Below are positions 9,296 to 18,283 of a DNA stretch of 63,897 bases, piece by piece. Within the stretch, counting starts at the first letter, position 1. Each line of letters starts with the position of its first letter. Origin of the DNA: a virus (lineage: Duplodnaviria; Caudoviricetes). The notes under the pieces are model-generated. The model had not been told where the DNA came from and searched no databases. It worked only from the letters and a program-made list of their open reading frames with translations. The translations under genes were made by a program, and so were the position numbers. Location of the stretch: positions 1 through 63,897 of IMG/VR virus record IMGVR_UViG_3300046782_000223. One strand, 5' to 3'.

Positions 9296-12177
9296 GGCTT
9301 GCCGCCCTTCATGGCGGTCAGCTGCTGCACGACCTGACCGACCATCCCGTCCATGACTTTCGGGTAGAACTTCCAGCACGGCACCGTCAGCGTGCCGGTG
9401 TTGTACTCGACGGTGCCCTTGCCGAAACTGTAACGGGTGTCTGCTTTGGGATCACACCATCCCAGGTCCACCGCCGCCTTGAACATGTTCCCTGCTGACA
9501 CGCCCTTGCTGGCGGCCCAGGCGCGCACGGCGGCGCGGCTGATGAACAGCTGCGCCGCGTCGCCCGGCAGCAGCGGGTTGATCGACCTGCCGATCAGTTT
9601 GGCGCGGGGATGCTTCTCGACCCTCGCATGGACGCGGCCACGCAGGTCGCCCTCGCCCGTCGTGACCAAGACGCCCTCCCACAGGTCGGCGATCATGTAG
9701 CCGATCTGGTCCTCGTCGGAGGCCACCATCGCCATCTTCTGGTCGCGGTTGCTCCCCAGCTGCTGGGTGATCCATGTATAGACGCCGCCCACCTCGAACT
9801 TGAGCAGGCCCAACTGGCGACAGATGGTCAGGGCCACGAGGACCGCGGCGAACAGCGCCGACCAGTGGCGCTCGACCTGCTTCATGTGCAGGTTCTGGAC
9901 GATCCTCAGCTGCATCCGGCGCAGCGCGTCCTCGACCGACGCGCGGTTGTCGGTGACGTAGCGGGCGAAGGCCCGACCAGCGTGGCCGTAGTTGGTGTCG
10001 AACTGCGGGAACAGGGCGTTGGCCTCAGCCACGCCGAGGTGCGGCGTAGCCACCAGGGTGAACTCGAACAGGCGGCTGATCTCGGCCTCGGCGTTGGAGC
10101 GGTGCAGCGACAGCTTCTCTGACAGCTGGGTGTTGCCGCTGGCCAACATGATCGTCGACCAGTTTGCGTTGTTCGTCCGCATGTCGCCGGAGGCGGTCAT
10201 GCGTTCCTTGGCGCGGCCGCTCGACACCGAGAAGACCAGATCGGAAATCTCGGCGTTCTCGGCGTTAGTGAGTTCGTCGTAGACCACCGGCAGGGAGTTG
10301 TAGACCCCCATCAATCCCAGCAACGCGTTGGCCGTGACCTTGACCATCATCAGCTTGTTCCAATTGCCCCAGGCGCTGAGGCCGACCTTCTGCACCGTGG
10401 TCTTGCCGATGCCGGAACCCGCCGAGTAGGCGTACACCGTGACGCCCTTGACCTGCTGCATCAGGCTGAGCAGCGGGGCGGCGAAAGCGCAGGCGATCTG
10501 GAACTGGAATGCCTCCTGGCCCGGCGCGTTGTAAGCGCGGTCGACCAGCTTCACCCACGTATCGAGGTCGCCGCTGCAGCCGACGTTCGCCTGCATCTGC
10601 TTGGCCGAGTTGACCATCACGGCGCGGCTCTCCTGGCCGCCCGGGGCAAGGACAGCGTCGCCAAGGACGAACTTCTCCCCAGCCCAGCCGAAGCTCTGGT
10701 AGGCCAGGACCTGCTCGGCGGTGTCCTTCATGTGGCTGATCCACCCTTTGAGGTAGCCCTCGACGTGGCGGTCCTTGCCCGGGCGGGCGATGATCTCTTG
10801 GCCGGCCAATTCTCCGATCACTTCGCGGCCTCCTTTGCCGATCGTACTGTTGGACATGGTGAAGTCATGCGGACCCTCACGCTTGTCGGCCACGAATTCG
10901 ATGTGTCCGGCACCGTCGGACCAGAGACGCGTGACGCCCATGAAGAAGGTGTCGCAGATCACCTCCGTCTCCATGCTCACGACGCCTTCCTTCTCGACCT
11001 TCTTGGTGTAGGTCAGACGCCGGCCGTGGGCGTCGGTCTGCACGCCGAAGCCGTAGGGCAGCACCAGCGGCGCGGCCTTGGCGAACCCTGCGGACTTGAT
11101 CTCCGGTGTCACGGACACCGGCGCGATGCGGGGCCGGCCCAGGACGATCGGGCTCTTGATCTGGCCGAAGTGCGGGCACGCCTTGCAGACGTTGGACCAT
11201 TGCTCGCCCAGCTTGTCGCAGGTGGTCGGCGGGTACTGCCCGGCCTGCGCCAGCTTGGTGTCGGTCTCGGCCTTGCTGTAGTTGGGGTGGCCCTTCGACC
11301 ACTCGTGGGCGATCGCCGGAGCCTCGATGGTCTGGGCCAGGACGCCGAGCGCGCCGTACCACGTCGGCTGGTCGATGTTCCCCCGGGTGTCGCGCATCTT
11401 GGCCATGATCGCGCAGTTGTCGGCGATCATCAGGGCCGACGACGGATCGAAGCCGACGCCCGCCGTCAGGTCACTCGAGCCCTTGCCCACGCCCGCCGGC
11501 GCGGGACCCAGCTTGTCGAAGGGATCGGGGCCGGCGGCGGCCGCCCACGGCAGCAGCGGCTGGACGATCAGCGCCAAGTCCACCTGCGCCGCCCAGCGCA
11601 CCACCCGGACCGGCTTCGGCGTGGCCTTGCGGTTGAACGTCCCAGGAGGCCGCAGGACGCTCGCTTCGTCCGCCGTGCGGGTTGGGTCGAACAGGACGCC
11701 CTTGGCCGTCAGCGCCCGCTTGAGGGCCTGCGCAATGGTCTTCCAGACGCGGGGCTCCATGTCGGCTGTCGTCGGCCAGTAGGCGTGGACGCCCCAACCC
11801 GAGTTGACCAGCAGCGGAAGCGGCAGACCGATCTCCGTGCAGAAGGCCAGGATCGCCGCGGCGGCTTCGCGCTGGGTGGCGTACTTGGGGGGCTTGCCCG
11901 GCTTGCTTTCGCCGACGTCGAGGTCGGCCCAGAACGCGCGCACCTTGTCGACGTTCGACTGCTTGCGCCGGTCCGGCATGATGTAGCTGGCGCAGGCGAA
12001 GTAGACGTTGATCTGGGCGGTGGCGTCGAGGTGCTGCGTGGCCTGCGCCAGCCACGCGTTGTTAGGTCCGAAGCGATGGTTGAACTTCTTGTCCGGCCGC
12101 GGCACCGCGAGGCAGCGGAGCCCGGCGTCAGGCAGGATGGTATCGAAAAACAATGCGGCGTCCACGTAGCCCCCCAC
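9292..12177 (-). CDS. DNA primase-helicase (RepB/AEP-like primase + Cys cluster + DUF927-type helicase)
   Basis: WADLD, NSGWGVHAYW and LRPPGTFN primase motifs; TC..C..CPH cluster; Walker A SGIGKT; Walker B VVYDE. Confidence 0.85.
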   Translation of the reverse strand: MGGYVDAALFFDTILPDAGLRCLAVPRPDKKFNHRFGPNNAWLAQATQHLDATAQINVYFACASYIMPDRRKQSNVDKVRAFWADLDVGESKPGKPPKYATQREAAAAILAFCTEIGLPLPLLVNSGWGVHAYWPTTADMEPRVWKTIAQALKRALTAKGVLFDPTRTADEASVLRPPGTFNRKATPKPVRVVRWAAQVDLALIVQPLLPWAAAAGPDPFDKLGPAPAGVGKGSSDLTAGVGFDPSSALMIADNCAIMAKMRDTRGNIDQPTWYGALGVLAQTIEAPAIAHEWSKGHPNYSKAETDTKLAQAGQYPPTTCDKLGEQWSNVCKACPHFGQIKSPIVLGRPRIAPVSVTPEIKSAGFAKAAPLVLPYGFGVQTDAHGRRLTYTKKVEKEGVVSMETEVICDTFFMGVTRLWSDGAGHIEFVADKREGPHDFTMSNSTIGKGGREVIGELAGQEIIARPGKDRHVEGYLKGWISHMKDTAEQVLAYQSFGWAGEKFVLGDAVLAPGGQESRAVMVNSAKQMQANVGCSGDLDTWVKLVDRAYNAPGQEAFQFQIACAFAAPLLSLMQQVKGVTVYAYSAGSGIGKTTVQKVGLSAWGNWNKLMMVKVTANALLGLMGVYNSLPVVYDELTNAENAEISDLVFSVSSGRAKERMTASGDMRTNNANWSTIMLASGNTQLSEKLSLHRSNAEAEISRLFEFTLVATPHLGVAEANALFPQFDTNYGHAGRAFARYVTDNRASVEDALRRMQLRIVQNLHMKQVERHWSALFAAVLVALTICRQLGLLKFEVGGVYTWITQQLGSNRDQKMAMVASDEDQIGYMIADLWEGVLVTTGEGDLRGRVHARVEKHPRAKLIGRSINPLLPGDAAQLFISRAAVRAWAASKGVSAGNMFKAAVDLGWCDPKADTRYSFGKGTVEYNTGTLTVPCWKFYPKVMDGMVGQVVQQLTAMKGGKP

Positions 12178-12188
12178 GGCTGTGCTTG

Positions 12189-12458
12189 TTACTGACCGGC
12201 CACCTTGTCGAGCGCCTGCCGAATGTAGTGCGCGCGTTCGCGGCGCATCGTGCTCATGGGGACCGGCAGTAGCCCACTCTTGGTCGCCCGGGCCACGTCG
12301 TCAACGACGTGCTGGACCTTCGCGTGGTGCAGGTAGTGGGGCTGTTTGTGCCCGTTGAGCCAATAGGAGCATGTCACCCGGCCGACACCCACTAGGTGTG
12401 CCAAATCGGACGGGCCGAGGCCGGCGTTGTGGACGGGGGTGAAGTCGATCACTTCCAT
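12189..12458 (-). CDS. Small HTH (Cro/XRE-like) DNA-binding protein
   Basis: GLGPSDLAHLVGVGRVTCSYWLNG helix-turn-helix pattern. Confidence 0.7.
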   Translation of the reverse strand: MEVIDFTPVHNAGLGPSDLAHLVGVGRVTCSYWLNGHKQPHYLHHAKVQHVVDDVARATKSGLLPVPMSTMRRERAHYIRQALDKVAGQ

Positions 12459-12485
12459 GTGTCAGGGTCTCCGAGTTGAGGGGGT

Positions 12486-12515
12486 GGCCGCAATTGCCCA
12501 CGGGCAATTGCGGCC
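12486..12515. promoter_or_regulatory. AATTGCC-N4-GGCAATT box 1 (extended 13-bp arms)
   Basis: ggccgcAATTGCC cacg GGCAATTgcggcc, upstream of the HTH gene. Confidence 0.8.
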
Positions 12516-12534
12516 CGAGGTCGGCGTGGGAGGA

Positions 12535-13635
12535 TCAGTCCTCGTCGCCCTCGTCCCCTTCGTCGTCGTCGAACCCGGCGAGCACGCCTTCCAGTTCGGC
12601 CAGGGCGGCGTCACCGAGGGTCGCGTCAGCCTGCGGCGCGGCGGCGGCCTGCGTCGGCGCAGCGGCGGGAGCGGCCTTGGACGCCCCGAACCCCTTGCGC
12701 TTGGGCTGCTCGGCGACCGGCTCCGGCTCGGGAGCCGGGGCCTGGGCGGCGGCCGCCGCTGCATCCGCCGCGATCTCGGCCTTGGTCCGGCGCTTGCGCT
12801 TCGGCTCCTCGGCGGCGGGGGCCGCCGCGCCCGGCGCGGTCTGCGCCAGCTTGTCGAACGGGTCCTCAGCCGGGGCGGGCTGCGCGGCCGCGGCCTCGCG
12901 CGCCGCCTGCGAGGGCGGGCGCATGGCCGTGATCGAGAGGACGAGATCGTCCTCCTGCATGCCCATGACCTGGGCCAGTTCGTCCTCCTCAAGCCACCGC
13001 TCCGGCGTGAACGTCAGCGCCGGGTAGGCCAGCGAGGCGTCGAAGCCGATACGCGTGACCAGCGCCTGATACGGCCAGCCGCGCTTTTCCAGCTGCGAGC
13101 CGTAGGCCAGCAGCGTCTTGAGCGAGGCCGCCGGGCAGCGCAGCAGCATGGGGTTTTCGAGGTCGTCGACCGCGGCCACGGCCATGCGCCGGCTGTCGGC
13201 GCACGCCTTCCCGCGCGAGCCGTTGTCGCTGATCTTCGACCCCCACTCGTTGTGCGGGCACGCGCCGCACGCCTTGGACTGCTTCTCCTGGGCGTCGGCG
13301 GCGGGCAGGATGCCGTCGTCGGAGTGGCAGAGCGGGCGCTCGGTCGAGCCTTCCTCGTAGCCGTCGGGGTAGTAGACCTTGTTCAGCGCCGGGTTGGCGC
13401 GGATGATGACGGCTTCCAGGGAGGCCGCCGGGTCGTTGGCGTTGCGGCCCTCGCCCACGGTCACCAGCGTGCGCTCGCCCGCCTCGACGACGTGCCAGAC
13501 CTTCCCCTTGTAGGAGATGATCGGGTAGCCCGCCGAGACGTTGGCCGCGAGGTCCGAGTTGGACGCCTGCGGGAACATGGCGCGGATGTGGGCGGGGACC
13601 TGCGATCCCAGACCGGTGGTCAGTTCAGTCGACAT
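12535..13635 (-). CDS. Putative ssDNA-binding/annealing protein
   Basis: IISYKGKVW; C-x-S-x-DG and CxxCP..GS..G..C Zn motifs; acidic C-terminal tail DDDEGDEGDED; replication module context. Confidence 0.6.
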   Translation of the reverse strand: MSTELTTGLGSQVPAHIRAMFPQASNSDLAANVSAGYPIISYKGKVWHVVEAGERTLVTVGEGRNANDPAASLEAVIIRANPALNKVYYPDGYEEGSTERPLCHSDDGILPAADAQEKQSKACGACPHNEWGSKISDNGSRGKACADSRRMAVAAVDDLENPMLLRCPAASLKTLLAYGSQLEKRGWPYQALVTRIGFDASLAYPALTFTPERWLEEDELAQVMGMQEDDLVLSITAMRPPSQAAREAAAAQPAPAEDPFDKLAQTAPGAAAPAAEEPKRKRRTKAEIAADAAAAAAQAPAPEPEPVAEQPKRKGFGASKAAPAAAPTQAAAAPQADATLGDAALAELEGVLAGFDDDEGDEGDED

Positions 13636-13651
13636 ATGTGTTAGTCCTCTC

Positions 13652-14044
13652 TCAGGATGCGCGGCGCACGTTCAGCGACGCGATGCGGTTGTAGGTGATG
13701 CCGGGCGGCAGGTCGTTGTTCTCCGCCACGTACTCGTCGACCTGGGTCTTGGCCACGCGCTTCTCTAGGAAGTTCCACGCGTCGTTGGTGCGCACGAAGT
13801 CGAGGAACGCGTCCATATCGTTGACGGTCGCGCTCGACTTCACCGCCCGATAGGCGGTGCCGGCGTCGCACTTGGCGCTGTCCATGCCGTGCGCGTTGAA
13901 GAAGTCGAGGATGGCGGCCTCGGTCTTGTCCATCGCCGCGATCAGCGGTTCGAGCTTGGTCTTGTGCGCGGCGTCCAGCTTCGCCTTCATGTCCCGCGCC
14001 GCGATGTACTTGGTGACGAGGTTGGTGATGTTCATCTCTGCCAT
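13652..14044 (-). CDS. Conserved phage replication-module protein
   Basis: Coiled coil plus GTAY...D.DAF...LPPGI pattern typical of genes next to phage SSBs; good SD. Confidence 0.6.
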   Translation of the reverse strand: MAEMNITNLVTKYIAARDMKAKLDAAHKTKLEPLIAAMDKTEAAILDFFNAHGMDSAKCDAGTAYRAVKSSATVNDMDAFLDFVRTNDAWNFLEKRVAKTQVDEYVAENNDLPPGITYNRIASLNVRRAS

Positions 14045-14081
14045 GGGTTCTCCTTCAAGTGGCGATCTCCTACTGTCTATT

Positions 14082-14110
14082 AGTATACACTAGTGTACGG
14101 GGCAAGTCAA
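14082..14110 (-). promoter_or_regulatory. Sigma70-type promoter
   Basis: TTGACT-N17-TATACT on the - strand. Confidence 0.8.
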
Positions 14111-14111
14111 G

Positions 14112-15662
14112 TCACACGCCCGTCTCCGCTTCGACGGTTTCGAGCAGAAGCCCCTGCATTTTCTGCTTCCCGGCCAGCCTGCGGAACGCCCCGCGCTCGA
14201 CCGCCGAGCTCTCGATGTTGACGATGAACTGCTGATGCTTCTGCCCGGGACGCGTGATGCGCGCGTTGGCCTGGGTGTAGGTCTCGTTGCTCAGCGTCGG
14301 GCCGTACCAGATGATCGTGTTCGCCGCCGTCAGCGTCAAGCCGTGGCTCATGGCCGCCGGCTGCGCGCACAGCGCGTCGAGGTCCCCCTTCTGGAACTGG
14401 TGGAAGATCAGGGCGCGCTGCGCCTGGGGCACGTCGCCGCTGACCACGCCCACCTTGAGCCCGGTCTTGGCCATCTCGTCGGCCACGTAGCGCAGGACCG
14501 ACTTGTAGGGCACGAAGACGATCGACTTGGTGTGCGCCTCCTCGATGATGCGCAGCACCTCGGCGATGCGTGGCTGGTTGGGCAGCACGATCTCCTCGCC
14601 GCCGCGGCCATAGACCACGCCGCAGGCGATCTGGATCAGCTTGCTCATCTTCACCGCCTCATTGACGGCGGTCACCTGCCCGGCCCCGTACTCCATCCAC
14701 AGCTTGGTCAGCATGGTCTTGTAGGCGGTGGCCTGCTCGCTGGTCATGGCCACCTCGCGGGTGACGTACATGCACTCGGGCAGGTCCACGCACTGGTCGC
14801 GGGTGAACCTGATCGCCGGCTGCATCGCATCGTGGACGGTGCCGGTGGCGTTGCTGCGCGGGAGCCAGCGGAACGGCCCCTGCGCCTTCATCACCATGTC
14901 GCGGAACTTGCCGAAGAACGTGGGCACGCGTTCGGGGCAGACGATGCGGCACTGAGCCCATGCGTCGGTCGGCGCGTTGGGCGTCGGCGTCCCGGTCATC
15001 CACCAGATACGCTCGATATTGCCCACAACACGTCGCAGGGTTTTCCACAGCTTGGTCGTGGCGTTGCGGAAGATCGCCCCCTCGTCGACCACGATGATAT
15101 CGAACTGCTTGGCGATCAGCGCCGCCTCGACCACGCCCAGGCCGTGGTGGTTGATGACGTAGACGTCGTAGCTGTCGTCGGCCAGGATGCGCAGGCGGCG
15201 GGCCTTGTCGCCGTAGACGATGCCGACCTGCATCTTCGGGAAGTTCTCGAACACCTCGTCGGCCCAGGTCCGCTCCAACGTGGAGAGCGGGGCCACCACC
15301 AGCATCTTCTTCACCTTGCCGATCTTGCGCAGGTAGTCGAATGCCCACAGCGCCGCCAGGGTTTTGCCTGTTCCCATATCGTTCAGGACGAAGGCGCGCA
15401 GGTGCAGCGTCAGGAACTGCGCCGTCATGCGCTGGGCGTGGAACGGGTCGTGGCGGCCGGGCCAGCGGTAGTGGTGAAGGATCGGTGATGGGGCCGGCAG
15501 GCCGAGGTTACGCAGGACGCGCACCTCGTCGAGCCGATGCGGCACGCAGACCAGCGGCTGTCCCCGGAAGTGGAACAGCCGCGCCGACGGAATGACATGC
15601 GTCACCCGCGCCGGGTTCTTGAGGTTCATCACCAGCTTGCGAGAGGCGGTCGAGACGATCAT
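14112..15662 (-). CDS. SNF2-family (SF2) helicase
   Basis: DMGTGKT, VVDEG, MTGTP, SHGLTL and QANARI.RPGQ motifs; start set at MIVSTAS, overlapping the upstream stop. Confidence 0.9.
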   Translation of the reverse strand: MIVSTASRKLVMNLKNPARVTHVIPSARLFHFRGQPLVCVPHRLDEVRVLRNLGLPAPSPILHHYRWPGRHDPFHAQRMTAQFLTLHLRAFVLNDMGTGKTLAALWAFDYLRKIGKVKKMLVVAPLSTLERTWADEVFENFPKMQVGIVYGDKARRLRILADDSYDVYVINHHGLGVVEAALIAKQFDIIVVDEGAIFRNATTKLWKTLRRVVGNIERIWWMTGTPTPNAPTDAWAQCRIVCPERVPTFFGKFRDMVMKAQGPFRWLPRSNATGTVHDAMQPAIRFTRDQCVDLPECMYVTREVAMTSEQATAYKTMLTKLWMEYGAGQVTAVNEAVKMSKLIQIACGVVYGRGGEEIVLPNQPRIAEVLRIIEEAHTKSIVFVPYKSVLRYVADEMAKTGLKVGVVSGDVPQAQRALIFHQFQKGDLDALCAQPAAMSHGLTLTAANTIIWYGPTLSNETYTQANARITRPGQKHQQFIVNIESSAVERGAFRRLAGKQKMQGLLLETVEAETGV

Positions 15663-15979
15663 GCCTTGGCGTGCTCCAACATGCGGTCGATCAGGTGGAT
15701 CAGTTCCTCGACGGCCTGCACGCTGTCGGCGGCGATCGCCCACCCCTGAGCATCGTTGATGGCGGCGATCTGCATGTGCTGCAGGGCCGTCACATTCTTC
15801 AGCTTGCCGGGGGCCTTCACCTCGACGGCGAAGAACACACCCTGGTAGCAGCCGATCACGTCGGGGATGCCGTTGACCCCGTAGCCGTGCGCGGCTGGGA
15901 AGAAGAAGAAGCACTTGGGCAGGCTGCGCAAGTACATCTTGATCGACGCCTTCACCTTCGCCTCAGGAGTGTTAGCCAT
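15659..15979 (-). CDS. VRR-NUC domain nuclease
   Basis: TPE.KV...GIPD....G.F.AVEVK.P....T.LQ. Confidence 0.85.
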   Translation of the reverse strand: MANTPEAKVKASIKMYLRSLPKCFFFFPAAHGYGVNGIPDVIGCYQGVFFAVEVKAPGKLKNVTALQHMQIAAINDAQGWAIAADSVQAVEELIHLIDRMLEHAKA

Positions 15980-16553
15980 GCCGCACCCGGCGCTTCCACG
16001 TCTGCTGGATCACGCGGACCTGCCGCAGGCAGTCGACCAGGGCGTCGTGCTTCTGGCCGGTCTGCTCGTGCAGCGTCTTGGTGCCGCCTTCCCAGCACAG
16101 GTTATCGTCGCCGGCGATCATGCTCATGGTGCGCATGTCGCGGATGGCGCGGTAGGACCACGGGATCGGCAGGTGGGCCTGCTGGTAGGCCAGTTCCAGC
16201 ATCACCACGTCGAAGGTCGGGCCGTTGCTCCACAGCCCCTCCGGCGCTTCGCCGATGCGGGTGAACCACTCGGTCAGGGCGCGCAGCCCGTGGTCGAGCG
16301 GCATGCCCTTGCCCTCAAGGATTTCCACCAGCAGCGCCGGGTCGGTCTTCGCCCACCACGCCACCGTGGACGCGTCGATGCGGCGGTTGAACGGGGGACC
16401 CATGCTGGACGCCGCCTCGATGGTGACGTGGAACATCGGGGTGCGGTCGGCCGGGCCGTCGCCAGTGAGCGCGAAGGCTACGGCTCCGATCTGGATAATC
16501 GGGGCCGTCACCGGGGAGGTCCCCAGCGTTTCGAGGTCGATCATGATATGCAA
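15972..16553 (-). CDS. DEDDh 3'-5' exonuclease
   Basis: MIDLETL..IIQIGAV, WSNG.TFD, RDMRT, HDALVD. Confidence 0.85.
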   Translation of the reverse strand: MHIMIDLETLGTSPVTAPIIQIGAVAFALTGDGPADRTPMFHVTIEAASSMGPPFNRRIDASTVAWWAKTDPALLVEILEGKGMPLDHGLRALTEWFTRIGEAPEGLWSNGPTFDVVMLELAYQQAHLPIPWSYRAIRDMRTMSMIAGDDNLCWEGGTKTLHEQTGQKHDALVDCLRQVRVIQQTWKRRVRHG

Positions 16554-16554
16554 G

Positions 16555-17232
16555 TCAGGCTCCTGAATGTTCGCACTTGGCCCGAGGCACCGGGCAATGG
16601 GCCTTGCAAAGGCCGGACGGTCGTTTCGGCCACGCGTTGTTGGCGTGGGCGTTCTCTAGGCGGGCGACCCGGGGCAGGAATTCCCGCCACAGGTTGGGCG
16701 CGTCGACGCGGTGGAACACCTCGGAGGTGAACCGCTGCGTCGGGTCCGGCTCGTCCAGCCAGATGAAGCTGTTCCTGATCTCGTTGAGCCAGGGCTTCTG
16801 CGCGAACAGCACCACGGCCGAGAGCTTCAACTGCGCGCTGTCGGACTTGCGCTTGCCGGTCTTCCAGTCGCCGACGAATGCCTTGGTCCCCTTGAACACG
16901 GAGACGTCGGTGATCGCCCGCACCCACACGTCCTTCGCGAACCACGTCGTGGTCGTGTAGCTCTGGGTCAGGGCCATCTGGGTCTCGGCCTCGATCTTCC
17001 CGCCCACGGCCAGGGCCTCCATCCTGGCCACGAGTGGCTCGTGCTTGCCCAGGTCACCGGGCAGCACGACGCCGTGCTTGATGCGCTTCTCGAACGACCC
17101 ATGCACCGCGCGCCCCCTGGCCATCGCTTGGCCTGGGGGGTCGACCACTTCCTTGGTGACCTTCGTCAGGTAGTGCCGCCAAGGGCACGTCTCAAAGCTC
17201 TCCAAGACGGAGTGCGACCACGCCTGCGTCAT
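16555..17232 (-). CDS. PD-(D/E)xK (Cas4/RecB-like) nuclease
   Basis: WSHS..F..CP, G..VH, D...DWKTGK, QL, LC..CP..C; start set at MTQAWS. Confidence 0.85.
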   Translation of the reverse strand: MTQAWSHSVLESFETCPWRHYLTKVTKEVVDPPGQAMARGRAVHGSFEKRIKHGVVLPGDLGKHEPLVARMEALAVGGKIEAETQMALTQSYTTTTWFAKDVWVRAITDVSVFKGTKAFVGDWKTGKRKSDSAQLKLSAVVLFAQKPWLNEIRNSFIWLDEPDPTQRFTSEVFHRVDAPNLWREFLPRVARLENAHANNAWPKRPSGLCKAHCPVPRAKCEHSGA

Positions 17233-17747
17233 GCCACGGCCCTCTTGTGCAGGTCCGCGATGTTCGCGTCCAACTGCCGGTCGAGTGTGGCCCAGAACTG
17301 GCGGATCGCCACCAGCCTTTCCTCGCCCGACATGACGTCCTGCTCGGCCAGGAATTGCGCGCGGGCCTGCTCCCACCGACGGCGGATGGCGGCCATCGTG
17401 GAGACGCGTTCAGGCCCCTTGATCGGACCGCTGCGCGCCTCGTGCAGGACCAGGGCTTTGGCCATGCGCTTGCGGCGCTCGCGCATGATGTTGCGCTGGT
17501 AGTCGCGCTTGGCCACCTTGGGGTTCTCGAGCCTCTTGCGTTCGACCAGGGCCAGCACCGCCTCGAACGCGTCGCGGTTCTTCACCCCGACGGCGATCAG
17601 GGCGTTGAGGCTGGCGCGGTCGCCGGCGTAGGCGACCCCGTGGTCCGGCCAGTTCTCGATGGTGCGCGTCATCTCCTGGGTCAGCACGCTGTAGTCGGCG
17701 GCGTCGATCAGGTAGCTGACCGCGGCGACGACACGGTCATTTGCCAT
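17229..17747 (-). CDS. Hypothetical protein
   Basis: SD, ATGA coupling to the next gene, genome-typical codon use. Confidence 0.7.
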   Translation of the reverse strand: MANDRVVAAVSYLIDAADYSVLTQEMTRTIENWPDHGVAYAGDRASLNALIAVGVKNRDAFEAVLALVERKRLENPKVAKRDYQRNIMRERRKRMAKALVLHEARSGPIKGPERVSTMAAIRRRWEQARAQFLAEQDVMSGEERLVAIRQFWATLDRQLDANIADLHKRAVA

Positions 17748-17803
17748 TGGGTGTCTCCGAACTGATAGACGCTTTCGTGCGTCGTTGTGCTGCTGATGTA
17801 GGG

Positions 17804-18283
17804 CTAGTCATGATCGTAGACCAGCACCTCGCCGCCGCCCCCCGCGAGGTCGCGCAGGTCGACGTATTCGACGTCGCCGCCGCAGAAGACGTTCAGTTCG
17901 CAGGCCAGGGCCGCGGCCCCCATTGCGTGGCGACCCATCTTCAACGCCGCCCTGGCGATCTCCCCGCCGCAGCCGGCGGTGAACTCGGTGACCGGGAACA
18001 GGATCGGGGCAGGCCACGTCTGGAAGACCACCACCGGCTTCTCGTACTGGAACACGTACAGGTAGGCGTCCTTGGCCCGGTCCGGCGCATGGGGGAAGGT
18101 GGCCGGGTTCCGGCCCAGCTTGAACCACACGACTAGCGCCTCGCCGTGGTCGGCCGCGCCGGAGGTGGCCAGCACCTTGTCCTCGAACACCTCGATCTTG
18201 CGGGTGCGCAGGTGCAGCCCGCTGTCGTTGACGATGTAGGTGTCGGCGGCAACGTGCTCGCCGTCGTATGCGATGACTGTCAT
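17804..18283 (-). CDS. Putative Ntn-hydrolase (HslV/proteasome-beta-like) peptidase
   Basis: N-terminal M-T-V-I-A-Y-D-G...AAD; GCG...A.AA....A..A; coupled to the polymerase stop. Confidence 0.6.
   Translation of the reverse strand: MTVIAYDGEHVAADTYIVNDSGLHLRTRKIEVFEDKVLATSGAADHGEALVVWFKLGRNPATFPHAPDRAKDAYLYVFQYEKPVVVFQTWPAPILFPVTEFTAGCGGEIARAALKMGRHAMGAAALACELNVFCGGDVEYVDLRDLAGGGGEVLVYDHD

Noticed and set aside
2744-9379. Long antisense and alternate-frame ORFs (e.g. 5654-7927, 2744-4525 and many similar across the window)
   Set aside because: Shadow ORFs expected from high GC3 codon bias; no SD, no motifs, Arg/Gly/Pro-skewed composition
10362-10379. Additional palindrome boxes (also half-sites near 40836, 55374 and 61971)
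   Set aside because: Only one arm is present; consistent with chance
16555-17232. cas4 as evidence of a CRISPR-Cas system
   Set aside because: A solo PD-(D/E)xK nuclease in a replication module is common in phages
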